DNA of 64,000 nucleotides, from contig OZ245817.1 of the NCBI GenBank assembly GCA_965228475.1, positions 4,416,001 to 4,480,000 of the forward strand, given 5' to 3'. Below the pieces are notes generated by a model. It was not told the DNA's origin. It searched no databases and saw only the letters and a list, made by a program, of their open reading frames with translations. Of the stretch, positions 18,317-26,726 are shown one piece after another; position 1 is the first letter of the stretch; each line of letters begins with the position of its first letter. The position numbers and the translations under genes were made by a program. The DNA comes from Myxococcota bacterium. Lineage in GTDB: Bacteria > Myxococcota_A > UBA9160 > JAFDDA01.

Positions 18317-19489
18317 CTAGTCCTTGTAGTGGGGCATGCCGAGGCCGGCCATCGCGATGATGTCGCGCTGGACCTCGTTGGTGCCGCCGCCGAAGGTGAG
18401 GATCAGCATCGAGCGGTACATCATCTCGATGCGGCCCATGAGCGCGGATTCGGGCGAGCCGCGCCGGATGGCGCCGTTCGCGCCGAGCACTTCGCCGAGC
18501 AGCCGGTAGCCGGCGATGTTGAACTCGCTGCCGAACACCTTGACCGCCGAGGCGTCGGCCATCGCGAGGTTGCCTTGGGTGAGCGCCCAGGCCTGTTTCC
18601 AGTTCATGAGCTTCAGCGTCTCGGCGTGGGCCTTCGCCTTGGCGAGGTTGAGCTGCACCCACGGCTCGTCGATCACGCGCTGGCCGTTGCGCTTCGTGTT
18701 GCGGGCCCACTCGACGACGAGCTCGACGTTGCGCTCGAGCGTCCCCGAGGCCATGAGCGAGACGCGCTCGTGGTTCAGCTGATTCACGATCAGGCCCCAG
18801 CCGCCGTTCTCCGGGCCGACCAGGTTCTCGACGGGGACGCGCACGTCGTCGTAGTACGTCGAGTTCGTCGAGATGCCGCCCACCGTCGGCGTCGGCGTCA
18901 TGCGGAAGCCTTCGGCATCGGTCGGGACGATGATCATCGAGATGCCGCGGTGCTTCGGGGCATCGGCGTCCGTGCGGCACGCGAGCCAGACGTAGTCGGC
19001 GTAGCCCGCGAGGCTCGTGAAGCTCTTCTGGCCGTTGATCACCCACTCGTCGCCGTCGCGCACGGCGCGGGTCACGAGCGAGCCGAGGTCGGTGCCGGCC
19101 CCCGGCTCGGAGTAGCCGATGCAGAAGAAGATCTCGCCGGCCAGGATCTTCGGCAGGAAGTAGCGGCGCTGCTCTTCGCTGCCGAACTGCATGAGCGTCG
19201 GGCCGACGGTGTTCAGCGTCAGGAAGGGGAGCGGAAAGCCCGAACGCTGCGCTTCGTCCGAAAACAGGTACTGCTCGATCGAGGAGCGCGCCTGGCCGCC
19301 GTACTCCTTCGGCCAGCCGATGCCGAGCAGACCGTCGCGGCCCATCTGCTTCATGGCGGCGCGGAAGAGCGGGCCGCCGCCCTCCGTACCGGAAATCTCC
19401 TCGACCATCTCCGGCGTCATGACCCGCTCGAAATACGTCCGCATCTCGTCGCGGAAGGCGCGCTGGTCGGGGGTGAGATCGATGTGCAT
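18317..19489 (-). CDS. fadE26: Acyl-CoA dehydrogenase, FadE26/ChsE4-like subunit
   Basis: IGYSEPGAGTDL, TSLAGYADYVWLA, QLNHERVSL, LILTFGGGTNEVQRDII. Confidence 0.82.
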   Translation of the reverse strand: MHIDLTPDQRAFRDEMRTYFERVMTPEMVEEISGTEGGGPLFRAAMKQMGRDGLLGIGWPKEYGGQARSSIEQYLFSDEAQRSGFPLPFLTLNTVGPTLMQFGSEEQRRYFLPKILAGEIFFCIGYSEPGAGTDLGSLVTRAVRDGDEWVINGQKSFTSLAGYADYVWLACRTDADAPKHRGISMIIVPTDAEGFRMTPTPTVGGISTNSTYYDDVRVPVENLVGPENGGWGLIVNQLNHERVSLMASGTLERNVELVVEWARNTKRNGQRVIDEPWVQLNLAKAKAHAETLKLMNWKQAWALTQGNLAMADASAVKVFGSEFNIAGYRLLGEVLGANGAIRRGSPESALMGRIEMMYRSMLILTFGGGTNEVQRDIIAMAGLGMPHYKD

Positions 19490-19571
19490 GGAAGGCTCCG
19501 TTCGCTCGAGGGGCCGTGGGCCGGCGGGGTCGGGGCCGGCGGCGAAGAACGCCATCATTCTACCTTGGAAT

Positions 19572-19585
19572 TAGAACGCGTTCTA
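19572..19585. promoter_or_regulatory. KstR operator
   Basis: Perfect palindrome TAGAACGCGTTCTA (TnnAACnnGTTnnA) between divergent fadE26-like and ferredoxin genes. Confidence 0.88.
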
Positions 19586-19665
19586 GTATCCTGTGGCCCC
19601 CCGGACGCCCTCGACGTGATAGCGTTCCGGCCTGATTTCCCTAGCGGGAACGGGAGGATGCCTGC

Positions 19666-19857
19666 ATGAAGATCATCGTGGACTACGACCTGTGCGAAGC
19701 CAACGCCGTCTGCATGGCCGAAGCGCCGGAAGTCTTCGAAGTGGACGACGACGACAACCTGAACATCCTCGACGAGAACCCGGGCGAAGCGCTGCGGGCG
19801 AAGGTCGAGGCCGCCGTGCGCCTGTGCCCGAAGCAGGCGCTCAAGCTCGAAGGCTGA
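19666..19857 (+). CDS. fdxD: Ferredoxin ([3Fe-4S] type, FdxD-like)
   Basis: DLCEANAVCMAEAPEVF...AVRLCPKQAL. Confidence 0.88.
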   Translation: MKIIVDYDLCEANAVCMAEAPEVFEVDDDDNLNILDENPGEALRAKVEAAVRLCPKQALKLEG

Positions 19858-19866
19858 GCCCCGGCC

Positions 19867-21048
19867 GTGGACTTCCGCGACTCCGAGAGCGAGGCCGCCT
19901 TCCGGACGGAAGCGCGCGCGTTCCTCGACGCCCACGCGCCGGACCCCGCGGAACTCTACGGCGAGGATCCGCTCGCGGCGTCGAACGTCGACGCCCACCG
20001 GGCGTGGCAGCGCACGCTCTACGAGCACGGCTGGGCCGGCCTCACCTGGCCGAAGGCCTACGGGGGCCGCGGCCTCGGCCCGATCGAGCAGATCATCTGG
20101 AACCAGGAGCTCGCGCGGAAGGAGGTCGGGCTCTCGATGTTCATGCCCGGCCTCGCGATGGCCGGGCCGACGCTCATCGCCCACGGCACCGAGGAACAGA
20201 AGCAGCGCTACCTCGAACCGCTGCTCCGCGGGGACGAGCTCTGGTGCCAGCTCTTCAGCGAGCCCGGGGCCGGGAGCGACCTCGCCGGGCTCGCCTGCCG
20301 CGCCGAGCGCGACGGCGACGAGTGGGTGATCCAGGGCCAGAAGACGTGGTCGTCGGGCGCCGAGGACTCCCAGTTCGGGATCCTCCTGTGCCGCACCGAC
20401 CCGACGGTGCCGAAGCACGAAGGCATCACCTACTTCCTGCTTCCGATGGATGCGCCGGGCGTCGAGGTCCGGCCGATCCGCCAGATGAACGATTCGACGC
20501 ACTTCGCCGATACCTTCCTGAACGAGGTGCGGATCCCGGACGCGTGCCGCCTCGGCCCCGTCGGGGGCGGCTGGTCCTGCGCGATGACCACGCTCCTGAA
20601 CGAGCGCATGGGCATGGGCGGCATGGAGACGTTCCGCTTCGAGGATCTGGCGGCGCTGGCGCGCGAGAACCGCGGCCGCCTGGACCCGGTGATGCGCGAC
20701 GACCTCGTGAAGGTCTGGGGCCACGGCAAGACGCTCGAGCTGCTGAACGCCCGCATCATCACCAAGCTCGGCCAGGGCGTGATGCCCGACGCCGAGAGTT
20801 CGGTCATGAAGCTCGCGATCGCACGGCTGATGAGCGAAGGCGCGGACATGGGCCTGCGCCTGCTCGGGCCGGACGCCCTGCTGCGGGCGGGCTCGTGGCA
20901 GAACCAGTTCCTGTTCGCCCCGGCCATGCACGTGGCCGGCGGCACGGACGAGATCCAGAAGAACGTCGCCGCCGAGCGCACGCTCGGCCTCCCGAAGGAG
21001 GAGCGGGGCGACCGCGAAACCGCCTTCCAGGATCTGCCCCGGAACTGA
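19867..21048 (+). CDS. Acyl-CoA dehydrogenase
   Basis: WCQLFSEPGAGSDLAGL, GQKTWSSGA, TTLLNER, AGGTDEIQKN. Confidence 0.92.
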   Translation: MDFRDSESEAAFRTEARAFLDAHAPDPAELYGEDPLAASNVDAHRAWQRTLYEHGWAGLTWPKAYGGRGLGPIEQIIWNQELARKEVGLSMFMPGLAMAGPTLIAHGTEEQKQRYLEPLLRGDELWCQLFSEPGAGSDLAGLACRAERDGDEWVIQGQKTWSSGAEDSQFGILLCRTDPTVPKHEGITYFLLPMDAPGVEVRPIRQMNDSTHFADTFLNEVRIPDACRLGPVGGGWSCAMTTLLNERMGMGGMETFRFEDLAALARENRGRLDPVMRDDLVKVWGHGKTLELLNARIITKLGQGVMPDAESSVMKLAIARLMSEGADMGLRLLGPDALLRAGSWQNQFLFAPAMHVAGGTDEIQKNVAAERTLGLPKEERGDRETAFQDLPRN

Positions 21049-21070
21049 CCGCCCGCTATCCTCCGGGGCG

Positions 21071-21355
21071 ATGTCCGAGAGCCCCTACGAAGTCCGCTGC
21101 CATCACTGCGACGTGAGCTTCCCGGTCGGCACGAAGACCTGCCTGCACTGCGGCGAGCGGGTGGGCGGGGGCCCGTTCTTCCGGATCGGCACCGACCCGA
21201 CGGAGTCGGTCTTCGAGCAGGAACCGGTCTTCGGCGAGGCGGAGGCGGCCGAGGAACCCGACGCCCCGCGGCGGCCCTTCCGCTTCGGGGTCACCATGAT
21301 CTGGCTCGCGGCCCTCGTCCTCTCGGCCGCCCAGCGGGCCTGCCAGGGGAACTAG
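21071..21355 (+). CDS. Small zinc-ribbon protein with a C-terminal hydrophobic segment
   Basis: CHHC...CLHCG; C-terminal TMIWLAALVLSAA. Confidence 0.65.
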   Translation: MSESPYEVRCHHCDVSFPVGTKTCLHCGERVGGGPFFRIGTDPTESVFEQEPVFGEAEAAEEPDAPRRPFRFGVTMIWLAALVLSAAQRACQGN

Positions 21356-21410
21356 CCCCAAGGGGACCTTCCGACCACGGGTCCCCGCTTCCGACCGCGA
21401 GTCGCCGGGA

Positions 21411-21428
21411 TGGGAAAGGGTTTTCCCT
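21411..21428. promoter_or_regulatory. Putative upstream activator sequence (bEBP site)
   Basis: TGGGAAA-GGGT-TTTCCCT about 116 nt upstream of the -24 box at 21544. Confidence 0.6.
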
Positions 21429-21543
21429 TCGCGCGCACCCAGTTTTCCCTCCCGGCCAAGAGTCCACATCCGGGAAACCCGCCAAGGTCCTGATTTCCTT
21501 TCATTTTCACGCGCCTGGCCGCGGTGGGGCGGCGAGCCCCAGT

Positions 21544-21559
21544 TGGCTCGAAACTTGCT
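21544..21559 (+). promoter_or_regulatory. Sigma-54 (-24/-12) promoter
   Basis: TGGCTC-GAAAC-TTGCT, 50 nt upstream of the PEP-CTERM gene start. Confidence 0.72.
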
Positions 21560-21608
21560 CTCTTTTCGGTTGCTTCTCTCTTGCTGCTCGAAGACAAGGA
21601 TGCGACCC

Positions 21609-22343
21609 ATGCGATTCCGCGCCCTCCCGATCCTCGCCACTGCCCTGCTCGTCGCCGGCCCGGCCTCGGCCCTCACGAGCTACGGGGACTTCAGCGGCGC
21701 CGACCTGGACTTCATCGACGTGAACGAGACGTCCCTGTTCGGCGACCCGGAGCCCTTGTTCGGCGCGCCGACCACGGCCGGGAACTCGCTCTTGTTCTTC
21801 CCGACGACCTTCACGGCCACCAGCGCTGGAGGCGGCGTCGACGGCACGGGCTCCCTTCTGAACCTCACCCTCGAGGCCACGGGCGGGAACACGCTCACGA
21901 CCTTCTCGATCACCGAGTTCGGTGACACCTCGCTCTTCGGCGCGGGGACGGCGGCCACCGGAAGCTTCATCGGCCTCTCCGGCTTCCTGACCGTCACGGA
22001 GGATCTGAGCGGATCCATCACGCCCGTCGTGATTCCCTTTACCGGCGTCGTGACGCCGACGACCGTGCCCGCTGGCACCTTCACGCTGCCGACCAACCCG
22101 GGCGTGACCCTCTGGACGGCGAGCGTGGTCATCGACATCACGAGCTACGTGCCGGACGCGACCGTCGCCGAGCTTCAGCTCAACAACGTGCTCAACGCTG
22201 CGAGCGAAGCCGGCACGAGCGCCCTGATCCAGAAGAAGGTCGTGAGCGGCCCGTCGGTCATTATCACGGTGCCCGAGCCGGCCACCCTCGCGGTGATCGC
22301 CATCGGCCTCCTGGGCGCGCTCGGCCTTCGCCGCCGCGCCTAG
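21609..22343 (+). CDS. PEP-CTERM surface protein
   Basis: Signal peptide; C-terminal VPEPATLAVIAIGLLGALGLRRRA. Confidence 0.92.
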   Translation: MRFRALPILATALLVAGPASALTSYGDFSGADLDFIDVNETSLFGDPEPLFGAPTTAGNSLLFFPTTFTATSAGGGVDGTGSLLNLTLEATGGNTLTTFSITEFGDTSLFGAGTAATGSFIGLSGFLTVTEDLSGSITPVVIPFTGVVTPTTVPAGTFTLPTNPGVTLWTASVVIDITSYVPDATVAELQLNNVLNAASEAGTSALIQKKVVSGPSVIITVPEPATLAVIAIGLLGALGLRRRA

Positions 22344-22470
22344 GCTTCGGAAGTTTTTCTGCATGTGTTTTTGGGGAACTGGGAGACCAGCGTAAGGAAG
22401 GGTGCGCTCAGCGCCTGACATAGTGCTCCGTCGCTGTTGCTGGTTTCGTTGGGGGGTGAAGGAGCTCGTG

Positions 22471-25224
22471 GTGAAGTTGTTCGTTTCTCTTGGCGCAGTC
22501 TTTGCGCTGTTGGTGGCCCAGCCCGCACGGGCCACGGTCAATCACGGGGATTTCCTCGGAACCAGCGTCGATTTCATCGCCGTCTCCGAGACCACCCAGA
22601 CCGCCGGCGACCCGGAGCCGATCTGGGGCGCGCCGTCGATCGGCGGTTCGGGCGACCAGCTCGTCTTCTTCCCCGCCGCGTTCACCTCGTCCTGCTCCCT
22701 CGGCAGTTCGGACGTCACCACCTCGATCCTCACGACGACGATCACCGCCCAGCCCGGCGGCCACATCGACAACGTGACCCTGGTCGAGTCCGGCGACGCC
22801 ACGCTCACCGTGTTCCCGCCCTTCGGCGACCCGTCGACGAACGTGACGGCCGCGCTCACGGGCACCGTCACCGTCACCGAGACGACGAGCGGCCCGATCG
22901 CCCCGGTCGTGATCCCCTTCACCGGGAGCTTCACGCCGAGCGACACGTTCTCCCTGCCGATCAACTTCGGCCTCTCCACCTGGTCCGGCTCGATCAGCGT
23001 CGACGTCGCTTCCGTCGTGCCGCTCGCGACGGTGGCCGAGCTCTCCCTCGACAACACGCTCACTTCGAACTGCGGCCCGGGCAACACGAGCGCCCTGATC
23101 CAGAAGAAGGTCGTGAGCGGCCCGAGCGTGGCCATCCTGGTGAACCCGATCGAGTGCGAGCTCGAGCTCGACAAGACCTGCTGCGTCACCCAGCCCGCCC
23201 TGCCCGACCTCGGCAGCTGCGAGGGCGACATGACGCGGGTCGTGTTCGAGTACACCGGCGACAAGTGCTGGAAGTCGAACAACGACCAGGGCCACGCCTT
23301 CCGCTGCTACGGGCGGCGCCCCGTGGGCGACTCGGCGGACCTGACCTTCCTGCGTGACGCCGCGACGCTGTCCGCGACGCCGATGACCGACATCGACCGC
23401 GGCGACCTCATCGAGATCACGAGCAGCACGGGCACGCTCCCGAACAAGCTCAAGATGAAGATCCGCGACGATTGGTGGCGGCGTCAGATCGTGAAGATCG
23501 ACACCTCCTGCGAGAAGGCCTTCGCCTGCGACGACCAGTTCGGCGCCTTCAAGGTCGTCGAGTTCGAGAGCACCGAGGGCGGCCTCGTGGACTGCAACGC
23601 GCCTCCGGGGCCGCCGGTCTGCGCCGTCTCCGGCGACCCGGCGGGAACGCCGTGTGACGCGAAGCTCGTGGACGTGGTCTACGAGTACACCGGCCAGGAC
23701 TGCCAGGATCCGCTCGCGAACGGCCAGAACGGCGAAGCGAGCTGCTCGGGCGACGCCACCGGCGGAAGCAACGTCGGCATCGTTTATGCCGGCCAGCACG
23801 CCTGGCGCCACCGGGTCTCGCCGGCCAGCGGCATCAACGACGGCGACCGCATCCGCGTGACCTCGCGGCACCGCGGCAGCCTGTTCCCGAACCAGAAGTA
23901 CCTGATCACCGACGACAGCGGCGTGCTGCAGGAGATCGAGCTCCACACCTCGTGCTCCGAGCCCCTCGCCCTCGGCGACGAGTTCGGCAGCCTGAAGGTG
24001 GTCGAGTTCACGACGAAGAACGGCACGCGCGTGGCGCTCGGCAGCGGCGACGACGGCCCCTTCGACGCCTGCGAAGTGCCGCTCTCGCCGCCGGGACCGC
24101 ACTGCACGAGCGACCTCCAGGAGCTGACGCTGGTCTACATCGGCGACTACCTGGGTGAAGGCTGCACCGTGAGCAACTCCCAGAGCGGCTACGCCCACTG
24201 CACGGGCGACGCCGATCCGGGCGATCCGGTCTCGGTGGTCCCGGGCGCCGGCCTCGAGGCCGACCCGCTCGACACCATCGAGTTCGGCGACCTCGTGACC
24301 TTCACGGCCACGAGCGGTGGCGACCTGCCGAACTTCGTGACCCTCGACGTCACGGGCGCCGGCGGCAGCCAGTGGATCCAGATCAAGACCTCGTGCCACA
24401 AGCCCCTGAGCCTCGGAGACCGCTTCGGCTCCTTCGTGGTCTTCGGGATGGACCGTGAGGACGAGGGCGCGATCAGCCTCGGTGGCAACGTCCAGTACCA
24501 GTACACGGTCACGAACCCGGGCACCTCGACGGTCGACAACGTGTCGATCGACGACGACCAGCTCGGCCTGATCACGAGCGGCGTCTCCCTCGCCCCGGGC
24601 GAGAGCCAGACGTTCGTGCAGCCCGCGACGCTCTACGGCACCACCACGAACGTGGCGACGGCCACGGGCGACGTGGCCGGGGACGTCTGCGCCCCGGGCG
24701 TCGATCAGGTGACGATCGGCGTGACGGCGCCGCCCCAGGGCTCCTTCCGATGCGCCTGCTACCAGTCGCTGACGGAGGTCACCCTGGTGTGGGACGGCGA
24801 GGACACCGTCGACATCGTGGCCTGGGACGGAAGCCCCGGCGGCACGATGCTCGCCATGGTGGACGACGTGGCACCGGGCGAGGCCGTGACGGTCACCGGG
24901 TTCACCCAGGACGATTCGATCTGGGAGATCTTCGACGAGACCGGAACGACCAAACTCGGCGAGTCGACCTTCGAACTCACCTGCCGCGACAAGGCGATGA
25001 ACGGCATCGAGGACTGCGGCAAGCGGGTGGGCGACGGGAAGTACAACGACCCGGGCTTCATCAACGACTGGCTCGTCGAGGGCATGGTCGACGACGACGA
25101 GACCCTGGTCTGCTCGCCGCTGCTCGCGGGGCCGCCGCCGGCCTGCGGCTTCGGTCCGGAGCTCCTGCTGATCCTGCCGGGACTCATGTTCTGGCACCGC
25201 CGCAGCCTGCGCGAAGAGGCCTAG
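22471..25224 (+). CDS. Large secreted Cys-rich repeat protein with a Cys-containing C-terminal membrane anchor
   Basis: GTG follows GGAG. The N-terminal domain is paralogous to the upstream PEP-CTERM protein. Three repeats end in TSC...GDxFGxxxV; there is a YQYTVTNPG (DUF11-like) module; the tail is ACGFGPELLLILPGLMFWHRR. Confidence 0.85.
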   Translation: MKLFVSLGAVFALLVAQPARATVNHGDFLGTSVDFIAVSETTQTAGDPEPIWGAPSIGGSGDQLVFFPAAFTSSCSLGSSDVTTSILTTTITAQPGGHIDNVTLVESGDATLTVFPPFGDPSTNVTAALTGTVTVTETTSGPIAPVVIPFTGSFTPSDTFSLPINFGLSTWSGSISVDVASVVPLATVAELSLDNTLTSNCGPGNTSALIQKKVVSGPSVAILVNPIECELELDKTCCVTQPALPDLGSCEGDMTRVVFEYTGDKCWKSNNDQGHAFRCYGRRPVGDSADLTFLRDAATLSATPMTDIDRGDLIEITSSTGTLPNKLKMKIRDDWWRRQIVKIDTSCEKAFACDDQFGAFKVVEFESTEGGLVDCNAPPGPPVCAVSGDPAGTPCDAKLVDVVYEYTGQDCQDPLANGQNGEASCSGDATGGSNVGIVYAGQHAWRHRVSPASGINDGDRIRVTSRHRGSLFPNQKYLITDDSGVLQEIELHTSCSEPLALGDEFGSLKVVEFTTKNGTRVALGSGDDGPFDACEVPLSPPGPHCTSDLQELTLVYIGDYLGEGCTVSNSQSGYAHCTGDADPGDPVSVVPGAGLEADPLDTIEFGDLVTFTATSGGDLPNFVTLDVTGAGGSQWIQIKTSCHKPLSLGDRFGSFVVFGMDREDEGAISLGGNVQYQYTVTNPGTSTVDNVSIDDDQLGLITSGVSLAPGESQTFVQPATLYGTTTNVATATGDVAGDVCAPGVDQVTIGVTAPPQGSFRCACYQSLTEVTLVWDGEDTVDIVAWDGSPGGTMLAMVDDVAPGEAVTVTGFTQDDSIWEIFDETGTTKLGESTFELTCRDKAMNGIEDCGKRVGDGKYNDPGFINDWLVEGMVDDDETLVCSPLLAGPPPACGFGPELLLILPGLMFWHRRSLREEA

Positions 25225-25258
25225 GCGCAAGGGATCGGTAGGTCCAGTGCAAGAACGC

Positions 25259-25284
25259 AACGCCCCGGCTTCGGCCGGGGCGTT
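25259..25284 (+). terminator. Intrinsic terminator-like hairpin
   Basis: AACGCCCCGGC-TTCG-GCCGGGGCGTT. Confidence 0.7.
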
Positions 25285-25362
25285 CGCGTTTCAGGGCCCG
25301 CGCGAGTCCGCAGGACCCGCCGATTCCGCCCACACGCCGGGCCGCGAAGGTAAGATGTCGCC

Positions 25363-26136
25363 GTGCTGCCCTACATCGAACAGCCCGTCCTCGACCTCGG
25401 CTTCTACCGCATCGAAGCGTTCCCCGTCCTCGCGCTCCTCGCGATCGTGGCGCAGTTCCAGATCACGCTGCGGCGCGCGCCGACGGCGGGCATCTCCCGG
25501 CGCGACGCCTCCTCGCTCTGCGGCTGGGCCATCGCCCTCGGCCTCGTCGCCGCCCACGTCTTCGACGTCATCGCCTACCAGCCCCAAGCGCTCCTCGAGA
25601 ACCCGATCATCCTGTTCACGATCTGGAGCAGCCTCTCGTCCTTCGGCGGAATGCTCGGCGGCATCGGGGGGCTGGCCTTCCTCATGCACCGCCGGGGCAT
25701 GAGCGCCGAGGACCAGATCCGCTTCGTCGACACCCTGATCTACGCCCTGCCCTTCACCCTGGCGATCGGCCGCTTCGGCTGCGGGCTCCTGCACGATCAC
25801 CCGGGCCGCGCCTCGACCCACTGGCTGGCCGTCGACTTCCCCGACGTCTCGCGCTTCGACACCGGGCTGCTCGAATCCTTCTACACCGCGGCGATCGCGG
25901 CGCTCTTCCTCGTGCTCGGGCGCAAGCCGCGGCCGGCGGGCTTCTTCATCGGCGCCTTCTTCCTGCTCTATGGGCCGGTGCGCTTCCAGCTCGACGCCCT
26001 GCGCATCATGGAGGCGCGCTACCTCGGCTGGACGCCGGGCCAGTACCTCTCCATCGTGGCGACGGTGGTGGGCGCGGGCGTGCTCTTCTGGGCGCTGCGG
26101 CGCGGCTCGGTTCAGGAGCGGCGCACGGCGGTCTGA
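25363..26136 (+). CDS. Prolipoprotein diacylglyceryl transferase (Lgt) family protein, divergent
   Basis: Multi-TM; SLSSFGGMLGG, AIGRFGC, YGPVRFQLDALR, TPGQYLS. Confidence 0.8.
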   Translation: MLPYIEQPVLDLGFYRIEAFPVLALLAIVAQFQITLRRAPTAGISRRDASSLCGWAIALGLVAAHVFDVIAYQPQALLENPIILFTIWSSLSSFGGMLGGIGGLAFLMHRRGMSAEDQIRFVDTLIYALPFTLAIGRFGCGLLHDHPGRASTHWLAVDFPDVSRFDTGLLESFYTAAIAALFLVLGRKPRPAGFFIGAFFLLYGPVRFQLDALRIMEARYLGWTPGQYLSIVATVVGAGVLFWALRRGSVQERRTAV

Positions 26137-26726
26137 TAGGCCCAGACCGCCACGATCAGACCCGCCGGCAGATCCACGAACCAGTGCTGCCGGGTCGCCA
26201 TCGTCGCGTAGAAGATCAGACCGCCCCAGACGAGCCCGGCCGCGAGGAGCAGCGGCTTCTTCCGGCCGAACACGTGGGCGGCGAAGAGCAACGAATACAC
26301 GGTCAATCCCGCGTGCAGGGACGGGAACGAGTTCGAAGGGCGGTCGACGCCGACGATCGCCCGGTAGACCGCGTGGTCCGGTACCTCCGCCGGCCGCGGC
26401 CCCTCGACGGGCATGAGCAGGAAGAACGCGAAGCACACGAAGCAGAGCCGGAAGAGGCCCTTCGCATAGCGAAGGAGATCCGCGCGGCGCTCGGCCAGGA
26501 GGGGCGCGAGCGGAACGAGCAGCGCGAGGGAGGCATAGGGCCATACCCAGGCCGGGTCGAAGGCGACGAGGCCGTCGATGGGGGTCGCGGGCACGTCGCG
26601 CGTCGGGAAGAGATGAACGCGCTGGAGGGTGAAGTAGGGGACGCAGATCCCGACGGCGAGCCCGAGCCAGACGGCGACCTTGGTGCGGAGTTCGGCGCCG
26701 AAGCGAGCGGCCAGGCTAGAAGCCAA
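26112..26726 (-). CDS. PAP2-superfamily membrane phosphatase/phosphotransferase
   Basis: NSFPSLHAG and TRQHWFVD motifs; multi-TM. Confidence 0.82.
   Translation of the reverse strand: MASSLAARFGAELRTKVAVWLGLAVGICVPYFTLQRVHLFPTRDVPATPIDGLVAFDPAWVWPYASLALLVPLAPLLAERRADLLRYAKGLFRLCFVCFAFFLLMPVEGPRPAEVPDHAVYRAIVGVDRPSNSFPSLHAGLTVYSLLFAAHVFGRKKPLLLAAGLVWGGLIFYATMATRQHWFVDLPAGLIVAVWAYQTAVRRS

Noticed and set aside
22408..25260. 950-aa antisense ORF, and similar long shadow ORFs (32414..35095, 40809..43445, 58804..62094)
   Set aside because: They mirror well-supported genes on the other strand; stop codons are scarce in such GC-rich DNA; no recognisable motifs.
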